A stretch of DNA of 64,000 bases from an uncultured Alphaproteobacteria bacterium (GTDB lineage: Bacteria > Pseudomonadota > Alphaproteobacteria > HIMB59 > GCA-002718135), in contig CACNHT010000004.1 of NCBI GenBank assembly GCA_902620285.1, positions 2,651-66,650 of the forward strand. The letters are read 5' to 3'. The position numbers were made by a program, and so were the translations under genes. Each line of letters starts with the position of its first letter. Positions within the stretch are counted from its first letter, which is position 1. Below are positions 1 through 8,484 of the stretch, piece after piece. The notes beneath the pieces are model-generated. The model was not told the origin of the DNA. It ran no database searches and saw nothing but the letters and a program-made list of their open reading frames with translations.

Positions 1-1
1 T

Positions 2-127
2 ACTGAATATGCTTATAAAAAAGGAGTTTTTGGAAGTCCAACATTTATATACGATGGCAAAGAAGTATTCTGGGGCGATGATAGACTTGAAGATTGTATT
101 AAATGGATTAAGTTACAAGGTGAGTAA
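2..127 (+). CDS. 3' end of a DsbA-like thioredoxin-fold protein (2-hydroxychromene-2-carboxylate isomerase family), truncated by the window edge
   Basis: Frame 2 reads TEYAYKKGVFGSPTFIYDGKEVFWGDDRLEDCIKWIKLQGE, then TAA at 125-127. The GVFGxPTF...FWGxDRL C-terminal pattern is typical of HCCA-isomerase/DsbA-family proteins. Confidence 0.55.
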   Translation, partial: TEYAYKKGVFGSPTFIYDGKEVFWGDDRLEDCIKWIKLQGE

Positions 128-261
128 AATATTATGAAATTTTTAAATTTTATTTTTCCTAAAGGTCAATGGTCTTTAACTAGAGTGGCAATACTGTTTG
201 TTATATTCATGATTCTTGATTTTATTGTTGTCTATTACAAAATTATATAAGACTTTAATTC

Positions 262-2076
262 GTGGTAAGTGATTTATTATTTTCTCTTAGAGAAGTAGAA
301 ATTAAATTTGGAAAAAAGGTAATTTTTCAAGATTTAAATCTAAATTTACACAAGGGCGATATGATCGCACTAGTTGGTAAGAATGGTGTTGGAAAAACTA
401 CCTTAATGAAAACTATTTATGGTGATCAAGATTTAGATGCAGGAGAATTATGGAATTACCCTGATCTTAAAGTTGGATATTTTAATCAAAAATTTGAAAA
501 ACTAGATAATAAAACCATTGAAGAGAATTTTTCAGACTTACTTAATGAACAAAATAAACATTTTGTTGATATATTTTGTAATAAACTCAATTTAGACAAA
601 TTTGCTAATGTTGAAGATCTTTCAGGAGGTCAAAAAAGAAAAGTTTATTTAATTCGATCTTTATTAAAAGACTCAGATGTTTTGTTATTAGATGAGCCTA
701 CCAACCATTTAGATTTGCAATGCATCGAATGGCTAGAAAGTTATTTACGCAATTTAAATAAGACAATTATATGTGTCAGTCATGATAGAACTTTTCTCAG
801 TAATTTTACTAACAAAGTTTTTTGGATAGATAGAGGAAAATTACGGGTAAGCCCAAGAGGATTTAAGGATTTTGATAAATGGTCAGAGGAGTTACTCGAT
901 CAAGAATATAGAGAATTAAGAAATAGAAAGCAATTTGTTAATATTGAACTCGAGTGGGCAAATAAAGGTGTAAAAGCCCGAGTTAAGCGAAATGAAAAAA
1001 GATTAAAAAGAGCAAAAGAATTAAAAGCGCAATTAGAAAAGGATGAAGCATCTTACAGAAGTGCAATTAAATCTTTAAGACCTCAAGTTTCTAAAAAATC
1101 TACCGATCAATCTAAATTTATTGCTGAACTTCAAGAAGTTTTTGTGAAATATCCAAATCAAAGTGAATTTGTTTTTAAAAATTTATCCATTAAAATTTCA
1201 AAAAATGATCGTATTGGTCTGTTAGGGAATAATGGAAGTGGTAAATCAACTTTTCTACGTACAATTCTTAATGAAATAAAAATTTCTAAAGGTAAAATCA
1301 AGCTGAAAAAAAATTTAGAATTTTCTTATTTTGATCAAATGCGTAATGATCTTAATGGTAGAAAATCTATTAAAGATATCTTAGTACCCTCTGGAGGCGA
1401 TTATTTAAAAGTTCAAGGAAGAGATAGGCATGTTTGTAGTTATGTTAAAGATTTTCAGTTTGATCCTAAAAATGTCAATCATACTATACAAACATTATCA
1501 GGAGGAGAGCAAAATAGATTACTTTTGGCAAAAGTATTAGCTAATCCCAAAACTGGACTTATATTAGATGAGCCAACAAATGATCTAGATTTAGAAACGC
1601 TAGATCTGTTAACTGAAATGTTATCAAATTATAATGGAACATTGCTAATAGTATCGCATGATCGAGATTTTTTAGATCAAACTGTTAACAAAATTTTACA
1701 TTTCAAAGAGGATGGAAATGTATCATTGTTTTTTGGTGGATACAGTGATTTTTTAAAATCTGAAAATCAACAAGTTGCTAAAAATAAAGTAACAAAAAAA
1801 TCAAATTCAGAAAATAACAAAGTAAAGAATTCTAAAGCTAAACTATCATATAAGTTTCAATATGAATTAGAGCAATTACCAAACCAAATAAAAAATATTC
1901 AACAAGAATTAGAAGATATTAAAAATGAATTGAAGGATACAAACCTATATTTGGAAAATTTTGAACGTTATCAAGAAATAACTTCCAAAATGGAAGTTCT
2001 TAATAATGATCTCAATACAAAAGAGAATAGATGGTTTGAATTAATTAAAATGGAAGAGGATCTAGTTAGTAATTAA
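262..2076 (+). CDS. ABC-F family ATPase (Uup-like; two nucleotide-binding domains, no membrane domain)
   Basis: GTG start. Two Walker A motifs (GKNGVGKT, GNNGSGKS), two signature motifs (LSGGQ, LSGGE) and two Walker B motifs (LLLDEPTNHLD, LILDEPTNDLD). Charged inter-domain linker (RNEKRLKRAKELKAQLEKDE) and C-terminal coiled-coil tail. Confidence 0.9.
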   Translation: MVSDLLFSLREVEIKFGKKVIFQDLNLNLHKGDMIALVGKNGVGKTTLMKTIYGDQDLDAGELWNYPDLKVGYFNQKFEKLDNKTIEENFSDLLNEQNKHFVDIFCNKLNLDKFANVEDLSGGQKRKVYLIRSLLKDSDVLLLDEPTNHLDLQCIEWLESYLRNLNKTIICVSHDRTFLSNFTNKVFWIDRGKLRVSPRGFKDFDKWSEELLDQEYRELRNRKQFVNIELEWANKGVKARVKRNEKRLKRAKELKAQLEKDEASYRSAIKSLRPQVSKKSTDQSKFIAELQEVFVKYPNQSEFVFKNLSIKISKNDRIGLLGNNGSGKSTFLRTILNEIKISKGKIKLKKNLEFSYFDQMRNDLNGRKSIKDILVPSGGDYLKVQGRDRHVCSYVKDFQFDPKNVNHTIQTLSGGEQNRLLLAKVLANPKTGLILDEPTNDLDLETLDLLTEMLSNYNGTLLIVSHDRDFLDQTVNKILHFKEDGNVSLFFGGYSDFLKSENQQVAKNKVTKKSNSENNKVKNSKAKLSYKFQYELEQLPNQIKNIQQELEDIKNELKDTNLYLENFERYQEITSKMEVLNNDLNTKENRWFELIKMEEDLVSN

Positions 2077-2083
2077 GCGACAA

Positions 2084-2872
2084 TTAATAAGCGCTAGTAT
2101 TATCAGATTTAGTATCTACATCTTTCAATTCTTTTAATAAACTTTCAGCATGTGATGTCATCATTCTAAAATCAGAAAGTAAGGTGGTAAATTGAAAACC
2201 GTACTCCATCATTTCTTTCATATACTTAACTGATCCATTATGAATACCTGCAATCTTTCCTTTTTCTTTAGCTTTTTTTGCAATCATTTTTATATTTGAA
2301 AATACGGGATCTTCACGAACATCAAATTTAGGTGGTAAACCATAAGAAGAACTCATATCCGCAGGTCCAATATAGATACCAGTTAAGTTTGGAACTGAAA
2401 GAATGGCATCTAAATTTTCTACTGCTTGTTTTGTTTCTATCATTGCCAAACTTACAATATTATCATTTGCATGTTGATAGTAATCTGAACCATAAACTAC
2501 CTGAGCCCTCATTGGACCAAAACTTCTTTGACCTATTGGAGGATAATAACAATATGAAACAAACTTTTCACAGTCTTCTTTTGTATTTATCATTGGCGCA
2601 ATAATTCCTTGAATACCTAAATCTAACATTTTCATAATAATACCTGGCTCGTTCCATGGTACTCTTGTCATAGGAACAGTATCACTATTTGTTAATCCTT
2701 GAACCATTGAAATAGCAGTAGAATAATCATTTTGGCCATGCTGCATATCGATAGTTACTGAATCCCAACCCATTTTACCAAAGGCTTCTGCTGTAAAAGA
2801 ATTAGGTATAGAAAGCCACGCATTTATAGATGCTTTATTTTTTTTCCAAATATCAAATAATTTGTTTTTCAT
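2084..2872 (-). CDS. HpcH/HpaI-family aldolase (2-keto-3-deoxy-acid aldolase type)
   Basis: 262 aa. N-terminal pattern INAWLSIPNSFTAEAFGKMGWDSVTIDMQHG and ...GIQGIIAPMINTKED...RSFGP..., typical of class II HpcH/HpaI aldolases. Convergent with the ABC-F gene, 7 nt apart. Confidence 0.8.
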   Translation of the reverse strand: MKNKLFDIWKKNKASINAWLSIPNSFTAEAFGKMGWDSVTIDMQHGQNDYSTAISMVQGLTNSDTVPMTRVPWNEPGIIMKMLDLGIQGIIAPMINTKEDCEKFVSYCYYPPIGQRSFGPMRAQVVYGSDYYQHANDNIVSLAMIETKQAVENLDAILSVPNLTGIYIGPADMSSSYGLPPKFDVREDPVFSNIKMIAKKAKEKGKIAGIHNGSVKYMKEMMEYGFQFTTLLSDFRMMTSHAESLLKELKDVDTKSDNTSAY

Positions 2873-3122
2873 AATTATGATTAGAATATAATAATAATTT
2901 ATAATATATTAATACTACTCTTAAACATTATTTAATTTATAAAAACTATAAAATGATAAAATTTATAATCTGGTCTTTAATAGCAATTTTTTTAATAGTT
3001 ATTTTTTATTTTTCTTTTAACTATTTTTTAAGTTTAATTAGGGATCAAATGATTTTTATGCTTTAGATTAATTTTTTGTCGCAATTCCTAATTTTCCTCG
3101 TTTTTTTGGATCAAAATATTAC

Positions 3123-3151
3123 ATAAATAGATTTACAGTCTTTCTATTTAT
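3123..3151. promoter_or_regulatory. Perfect 9-bp inverted repeat ATAAATAGA-N11-TCTATTTAT upstream of the ABC/ARH gene string (candidate operator)
   Basis: ATAAATAGA at 3123-3131 and its exact reverse complement at 3143-3151, 19-47 nt upstream of the binding-protein start. Immediately followed by a TATAAA -10-like hexamer. The AT-rich background makes a chance palindrome plausible. Confidence 0.25.
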
Positions 3152-3169
3152 AGTATAAATTTCTTATAA

Positions 3170-4507
3170 ATGGAGGAAATGATGAATAAAATTTTAAATA
3201 TTTTTTTAACTTTTATTCTTACAGCTTTTTTCGCAACATCAACATTTGCTGCCACTAAAGTAGTTTGGTGGATGGAAAGTAGTGCAGATACTGACCCTAC
3301 AGTTCAAGAAATGATGTGTGATGCTTTTAATGCTGAACAAGATGAAGTAGAATTAGAATGTGTATTTAAAGAAGACATTAATGATACTATCAGACCAGCT
3401 CTTTTATCTGGAAGTGGACCGGACATGTTTGATACACCTGGTGCTTCATATATAAAAATTTACCAAGATGCAGGTCTTGTTAAATCTATGCAAGAGTATG
3501 CTGATCAATATGGTTGGCAAGACAAACTTCTAGGTTGGGCTTACAACTCAGGAGTATTTGATGGTGAATTATATTCAATTCCAAAAAACTATGAAACAAT
3601 GATTTATTTTTATAATAAAACTTTGTTTGAAGAAAATGGATGGAGTACGCCAAATAATTTAGAAGAAGTTGAATCTTTAGCTGCTAAAATAAAAGCTAAG
3701 GGAATGAATGTTTATGCGTATGGTTCTGCTGGATGGCAGCCAACTCACGAACATTTAGTAGGTAACTATTTCAACACTTATGCTGGACCAGATAATGTCT
3801 ATAAAGCATTAATTGGTGAAAAAAAGTGGACTGATCCAGAGTTTGTAGAAGCAATTGAACTTTTAAGAAAACACATGGTAGATGAAGGTTATTGGTCTGG
3901 GGATTTAGAGACATATTATTCTTTAGATTGGGATGATTTTAATAACGAGTTTGCTACTAGAGGTTCTGCGATGCTCATGATTGGAACTTGGGGTTTCAAT
4001 GTAACGGCAACAAATTTTGGAGAAACTTCTGATGATTGGGATTGGAATCCTTTACCGATTCTGAATTCACAGGCAGGAAGTGCTCCTAATTACCAACTTG
4101 CAACAGGTGGAACTATGTCCATTAATGCAGCATCTAAAAATGCTGATGGAGCTGCAAAAGTAATTGATTGGATTCTTTCTGATAAAGAAAGAGCTCTTAA
4201 AGTTACTGGCAGTTTAGGTTATGGCGCTTGGTTGTTACCACTAAAATACACTGATGCTGACTTTGATCCTAATATTGATCCAAGACAAAAAAGATTCTTA
4301 ACTGAATTCGCAGAAGCTTCTGATTCTGGAAACTATGGATATACAACATGGACGTTCTATCCGAATGACCCAGGTGTACATATTTGGAAAGATATGGAAG
4401 TTGTTTGGGCTGGAGATATTACTCCACTTGAATTCATGGAGGAATCTCAAAGACTTTGGGATCAAGCTCGTGCAGACGATGCATTAGTTCCAGTTGGAAA
4501 AAGATAA
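3170..4507 (+). CDS. ABC transporter periplasmic solute-binding protein, family 1 (CUT1 sugar/oligosaccharide type)
   Basis: 445 aa. Sec signal peptide (NKILNIFLTFILTAFFATSTFA/AT) and SBP family-1 length and pattern. GGAGG at 3172-3176 suggests the true start may be ATG 3182 rather than 3170. Followed by two MalF/MalG-type permeases. Confidence 0.85.
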   Translation: MEEMMNKILNIFLTFILTAFFATSTFAATKVVWWMESSADTDPTVQEMMCDAFNAEQDEVELECVFKEDINDTIRPALLSGSGPDMFDTPGASYIKIYQDAGLVKSMQEYADQYGWQDKLLGWAYNSGVFDGELYSIPKNYETMIYFYNKTLFEENGWSTPNNLEEVESLAAKIKAKGMNVYAYGSAGWQPTHEHLVGNYFNTYAGPDNVYKALIGEKKWTDPEFVEAIELLRKHMVDEGYWSGDLETYYSLDWDDFNNEFATRGSAMLMIGTWGFNVTATNFGETSDDWDWNPLPILNSQAGSAPNYQLATGGTMSINAASKNADGAAKVIDWILSDKERALKVTGSLGYGAWLLPLKYTDADFDPNIDPRQKRFLTEFAEASDSGNYGYTTWTFYPNDPGVHIWKDMEVVWAGDITPLEFMEESQRLWDQARADDALVPVGKR

Positions 4508-4519
4508 TTTATAAATTTA

Positions 4520-4546
4520 AATAAGGGGAAATTTTTTCCCCTTATT
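4520..4546 (+). promoter_or_regulatory. Intercistronic stem-loop after the binding-protein gene (12-bp stem, 3-nt loop)
   Basis: AATAAGGGGAAA (4520-4531) pairs with TTTCCCCTTATT (4535-4546). No downstream U-tract on the + strand, so it looks more like an mRNA-stabilising or decay-barrier hairpin than a full terminator. Confidence 0.5.
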
Positions 4547-4561
4547 AAAAATAAAGTAATT

Positions 4562-5440
4562 ATGCCAAAATTTTTAACAAGTATAAATGCAATTTCCTGG
4601 TACTTTTTATTTCCAGTTATATTTATACATTTTTTTGTGGTAGCATTCCCATCGATACTAAGTTTATTGTTATGTTTAACGGACTGGAATGGTTTCGGCA
4701 GAATAAACTACGTTGGATTAGAAAACTTTCAAGAATTATTTAGAGACCGTGTTTTCAAGAAAGCAGTTAAACACAACATAATTTGGACAGTAATGTTCTT
4801 AACAATACCAGTAATCGTAGCACTTATTATAGCATATCTTTTAACTGGAATAAAAAGAGGACAACTTTTTTATAGGCTAGTGTATTTTTTTCCATACATT
4901 CTAGCCAGTATCGTTAACTGTTTGATTTGGAGATACATATTCCATCCAAGACATGGCTTAGGGGGTTGGTTTGAGAATCAAGGTATTGATTTTCTTGCTA
5001 AGTCACCTTTTGCAATGAAGGAGACTGCTTTATACGCTGTTGCCTGGGTAGATATGTGGCATTTTTGGGGCTTCTTAGTTATTATTTATTTAACTGGAAT
5101 GTATCAAGTGGATGACTCTCTTTATGAGGCAGCAGATATTGAAGGAGCAACAAAATTTCAAAAATTTAGATACATTACTTTACCAATGATACGACCAATT
5201 TTTGTTTTATCTTTAATAATTATAATCATCTGGTCTGTCCCAACTTTTGACTATGTATATATTTTAACAATGGGTGGGCCAGCATATAGTTCTGAAGTTG
5301 TAGCAAATCATCTGTATTCTCAAGCCTTTCAACGAATGAATGTTGGTTACGCGTCTACTATAGGTGTCATGATGTTCTTCTATGTCGGTATTATAGTTGG
5401 TTTCTTTGCAATTTTGAGGCGGATGGGTTGGGAGGTATAA
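4562..5440 (+). CDS. ABC transporter permease (MalF/UgpA-like, CUT1 family)
   Basis: 292 aa, about 6 TM segments, with the EAA-type loop EAADIEGATKFQKFRYITLPMIRP. Confidence 0.9.
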   Translation: MPKFLTSINAISWYFLFPVIFIHFFVVAFPSILSLLLCLTDWNGFGRINYVGLENFQELFRDRVFKKAVKHNIIWTVMFLTIPVIVALIIAYLLTGIKRGQLFYRLVYFFPYILASIVNCLIWRYIFHPRHGLGGWFENQGIDFLAKSPFAMKETALYAVAWVDMWHFWGFLVIIYLTGMYQVDDSLYEAADIEGATKFQKFRYITLPMIRPIFVLSLIIIIIWSVPTFDYVYILTMGGPAYSSEVVANHLYSQAFQRMNVGYASTIGVMMFFYVGIIVGFFAILRRMGWEV

Positions 5441-5448
5441 AATTTTAA

Positions 5449-6291
5449 ATGGCAACTGCAAGATTTAGACAAAGATCAAGCTATATTAATCACGCCATTT
5501 TGATTTTTATGGCTTTAACAATTATTTTGCCATTACTAGTTTTAGCTTTTAATTCTATAAAACCATCTTCTGAATTTGGAGCAAATCCATTAGGTTTTCC
5601 AAATGAAATAAGATTAATGAATTATTATGATGCTTGGGTGAATGGAAATTATACTCAAATATTTATGAATTCACTTACTTTGGTTATCGGAACATTGATA
5701 TTAAATTTGACTGTTTCAGGTTTAGCTGCATTCAGTTTGGCAGTTTTAAATCCAAGAGGAATTCAAACAATTGTTGTTGGCTTATACCTTTTAGTTGGAA
5801 TAAGTATTCCTGCTCAATTATTTATTTTACCATTATTTTTAATGTGGAAAAGTTTATACCTCCTAGATACAAGGATTGGTTTAGTTATTATTTATAGCGC
5901 CTTAAATGCCCCTTTTGCAACTTTCTTAATTCGCTCTTACATGTTGCAATTACCTACAGAACTTTTTGAAGCCGCTAAACTAGATGGGGCATCTGTAATG
6001 CAATTGTTTACAAGAGTTGCCCTACCTTTATCTTGGCCAGTTTTTTTAACAACAGCACTTATTGTGTCATTAACAGTTTGGAATGAGTTTTTATTTGCTA
6101 TTACTTTTATTATTACTGATGAGTACAAACCTATTTCGTCAATTTTATTTACATTTCAAAGTAGATTTGCAAATGATTATGGATTGGTGAGTGCGGCGTC
6201 TATTTTAATGGCGGCACCAATTGCTATTTTATTTATGTTTTTTCAAAGACGATTCATTGCTGGTTTAACCAGTGGTGCTACAAAAGGTTAG
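5449..6291 (+). CDS. ABC transporter permease (MalG/UgpE-like, CUT1 family)
   Basis: 280 aa, about 6 TM segments, with the EAA-type loop EAAKLDGASVMQLFTRVALPLSWP. Confidence 0.9.
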   Translation: MATARFRQRSSYINHAILIFMALTIILPLLVLAFNSIKPSSEFGANPLGFPNEIRLMNYYDAWVNGNYTQIFMNSLTLVIGTLILNLTVSGLAAFSLAVLNPRGIQTIVVGLYLLVGISIPAQLFILPLFLMWKSLYLLDTRIGLVIIYSALNAPFATFLIRSYMLQLPTELFEAAKLDGASVMQLFTRVALPLSWPVFLTTALIVSLTVWNEFLFAITFIITDEYKPISSILFTFQSRFANDYGLVSAASILMAAPIAILFMFFQRRFIAGLTSGATKG

Positions 6292-6306
6292 TTCAATGGG
6301 AGGAAG

Positions 6307-8472
6307 ATGGAACTTAACAAAGAATATGAGGAGAAAGTTTATTCAGGAGTTTTAGGTAAAATCATAGGCGTCTATCTTGGCAGACCTTTTGAGGGTTGGT
6401 GGTATGATAGAATTATAAAAGAATTAGGCCCAATTAATTATTATGTAAATGATAAATTAAATATGCCTGTTCAAATCACAGATGATGATTTGACTGGAAC
6501 TTTTAGATTCATAAATGCTCTAAAAGATTTTAATTTTGATAAGAATATTTCTTCTAAACAAATTGGACAAACTTGGTTAAATTATTGTTTGGAAAACCAA
6601 GCTGTTTTATGGTGGGGTGGTAAAGGAACATCATCAGAAGATACCGCTTATCAAAATCTTAAACAAGGTATTCACGCGCCAGATAGTGGTTCTATAAAAA
6701 CAAATGGTCGAATTGTTGCAGAGCAAATAGGTGCTCAAATTTTTATTGATGGATGGGGATTAGTTTCGCCAGGTGATCCAGATCAAGCAGCTGATTTTGC
6801 AAAAAAAGCTGGAAGTGTAAGTCATGATGGTGAATCTGTTTATGCTGCTCAAGTTGTTGCTGCAATGGAAGCAATGGCGTTTATAGAAAAAGATACAAAA
6901 AAAATTATTGAGCATTGCAAAAGATATATCCCAAAAGATTCAACAATTTTTAAACTTATATCTGATATTCAAGATTGGAGTTCTGGTAATTTAGACTGGG
7001 AACAAGCAAGAGAAAAAATAGATGATATTTATGGTTATGAAAAATTTATTGGCGGTGTTCATATTGTACCAAATCATGCATTAATTATTTTAGCATTACT
7101 ATTTGGAGATGATAACTTTCAAAAATCTTTAATGATTGTAAATACTTCAGGTTGGGACACAGATTGTAATTCGGGAAATGTCGGATGTTTTCTTGGAATT
7201 AAAAATGGATTAGAGAGTATTAAAGACGGACCCGACTATATTACACCAGTTAATGATACAATTTTTCTTCCAACAAGTAATGGTGCTGAAACGATGACTG
7301 ACGCATTAAGAGAAAGTCAAAATATTGTTAATATTGCTAGACGAATTAATGGTATGGAAAACAAGATAGTAAAAGAAAATGCAAGATATAATTTTGAAAT
7401 GCCAGGCTCTACTCAAGCTTGGAAAATTAATAAGACTAATGATAATAATTTAAATACTACAATTACTAATGTTCCTTATGAAACCAAGATTGGTGAAAGA
7501 GCATTAGAAATTGACTTTTCTAATTTATCAATAGGGCATTCAAGTGTTGCCTATGTTGATACATTTTTTCCAGATTGGTTTACTGAACTAAAAGGATCTC
7601 AGCGGCAGAAATTTTTTCACTATGACTTTGTTGGATGTCCAATTGTCTATAGTGGACAAAAGATTAAAACTGAAATTATTTCAAAAAGTAAAAATAATAT
7701 TAAAGTTACTTTATTTATAAAATATTGGGGTGAAGAAGATAAATTAAAACAAATAGATGCTGAAGAATATGAGCTTTCAAATAATGAAGTAAAATCAATT
7801 GAATGGATAGTTCCAGATACACATGCAAATCCAATTGGACAAATTGGATTTGTCATATCAGCAGATGTTAACACTTCAGGAAAATTACTAATTAATTTTC
7901 TTGATATTACGGGCACACCAAAAGTTACATTTAAAAGACCTGAACACATAGAAAATGCATCAAAAAATGGATATTTTTTTAACCAAGAATTTTATGGTCA
8001 ATTATGGAAAAGAGCATGGGTGAATGATATCGATAAATGGCAATATAGGTGGTTAGAGTCATTTAAAATTATCAATGGAGTTGGTAGAGGTCATATTTTA
8101 CAAGGATCATCTTCCTGGAAAGATTACACCGTTACTTCAAAAGTGAACTTTCCATTAGCATCAGCTGGAGGATTAATAATTAGATCTCAAGGAGTAAAGC
8201 GATATTACTCTTTAGAACTTACTTCCAATAATAAACTGCAGATTAATAAAATGTTTTATGAATTAGAAACATTAAAAGAAATCGATTTTAACTTTGAGTT
8301 TTATAAGGAATATGAATTAAAATTTGAAGTGAATGGAAATAAATTATTGGGTTATGTTGATGATAAGTTATTAATTGAAACACACGATAAAGATAATTCT
8401 TTTGAAACAGGCATGATAGGTTTTGTTACACAAGATGGAACATTGTCATCCAATTCAATAAGTATAGAGTAA
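6307..8472 (+). CDS. ARH-domain fusion protein, paralogue 1: ADP-ribosylglycohydrolase-fold domain + two beta-sandwich (CBM/lectin-like) modules
   Basis: 721 aa with a GGAGG-type RBS just upstream. Residues ~10-340 carry the ARH (Pfam PF03747-type) landmarks: GVYLGRPFEGW (cf. GDALGxPxE), ITDDDLTGT (TDD metal motif), SVSHDGESVYAAQVVAAM, VPNHALIILALLFG and NTSGWDTDCNSGNVGC (cf. GGDTDT). Residues ~355-540 (NFEMPGSTQAW...) and ~560-721 (GRGHILQGSSSWKDYTVTSKV..GGLIIRSQG..YYSLEL..GMIGF) look like beta-sandwich/ConA-LamG-DUF1080-like modules. No signal peptide or TM segment. Confidence 0.75.
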   Translation: MELNKEYEEKVYSGVLGKIIGVYLGRPFEGWWYDRIIKELGPINYYVNDKLNMPVQITDDDLTGTFRFINALKDFNFDKNISSKQIGQTWLNYCLENQAVLWWGGKGTSSEDTAYQNLKQGIHAPDSGSIKTNGRIVAEQIGAQIFIDGWGLVSPGDPDQAADFAKKAGSVSHDGESVYAAQVVAAMEAMAFIEKDTKKIIEHCKRYIPKDSTIFKLISDIQDWSSGNLDWEQAREKIDDIYGYEKFIGGVHIVPNHALIILALLFGDDNFQKSLMIVNTSGWDTDCNSGNVGCFLGIKNGLESIKDGPDYITPVNDTIFLPTSNGAETMTDALRESQNIVNIARRINGMENKIVKENARYNFEMPGSTQAWKINKTNDNNLNTTITNVPYETKIGERALEIDFSNLSIGHSSVAYVDTFFPDWFTELKGSQRQKFFHYDFVGCPIVYSGQKIKTEIISKSKNNIKVTLFIKYWGEEDKLKQIDAEEYELSNNEVKSIEWIVPDTHANPIGQIGFVISADVNTSGKLLINFLDITGTPKVTFKRPEHIENASKNGYFFNQEFYGQLWKRAWVNDIDKWQYRWLESFKIINGVGRGHILQGSSSWKDYTVTSKVNFPLASAGGLIIRSQGVKRYYSLELTSNNKLQINKMFYELETLKEIDFNFEFYKEYELKFEVNGNKLLGYVDDKLLIETHDKDNSFETGMIGFVTQDGTLSSNSISIE

Positions 8473-8484
8473 AAATATAAGAGT

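Noticed and set aside
134-250. 38-aa hydrophobic ORF (MKFLNFIFPKGQWSLTRVAILFVIFMILDFIVVYYKII) filling the gap before the ABC-F gene
   Set aside because: It is plausible as a small membrane protein because it fills an otherwise long intergenic gap. I cannot support it by any motif or conservation, so I have not reported it as a feature.
2332-2604. 90-aa + strand ORF inside the HpcH aldolase gene. Similar internal or antisense ORFs occur at 5264-5461, 5634-5897, 5937-6128, 16608-16862, 16965-17246, 21130-21333, 24782-25069, 29422-29652, 30307-30516, 31819-32043, 34520-34771, 36973-37161, 37869-38051, 38478-38681, 40874-41149, 43866-44084, 47077-47322, 48329-48517, 49048-49269, 49465-49680, 51042-51263, 52482-52670, 53928-54110, 56486-56698, 57672-57866, 61256-61507, 61616-61873 and 62204-62386.
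   Set aside because: All are nested in, or antisense to, confidently identified genes. Their translations are low-complexity with no recognisable motifs.
2953-3066. 37-aa hydrophobic ORF in the divergent intergenic region upstream of the ABC/ARH locus
   Set aside because: Phe/Ile/Leu-rich ORFs arise readily by chance in AT-rich intergenic DNA. It has no RBS and no recognisable family.
7647-7949. 100-aa ORF antisense to ARH paralogue 1
   Set aside because: It is not conserved at the equivalent position of paralogues 2-4, so it is a shadow ORF.
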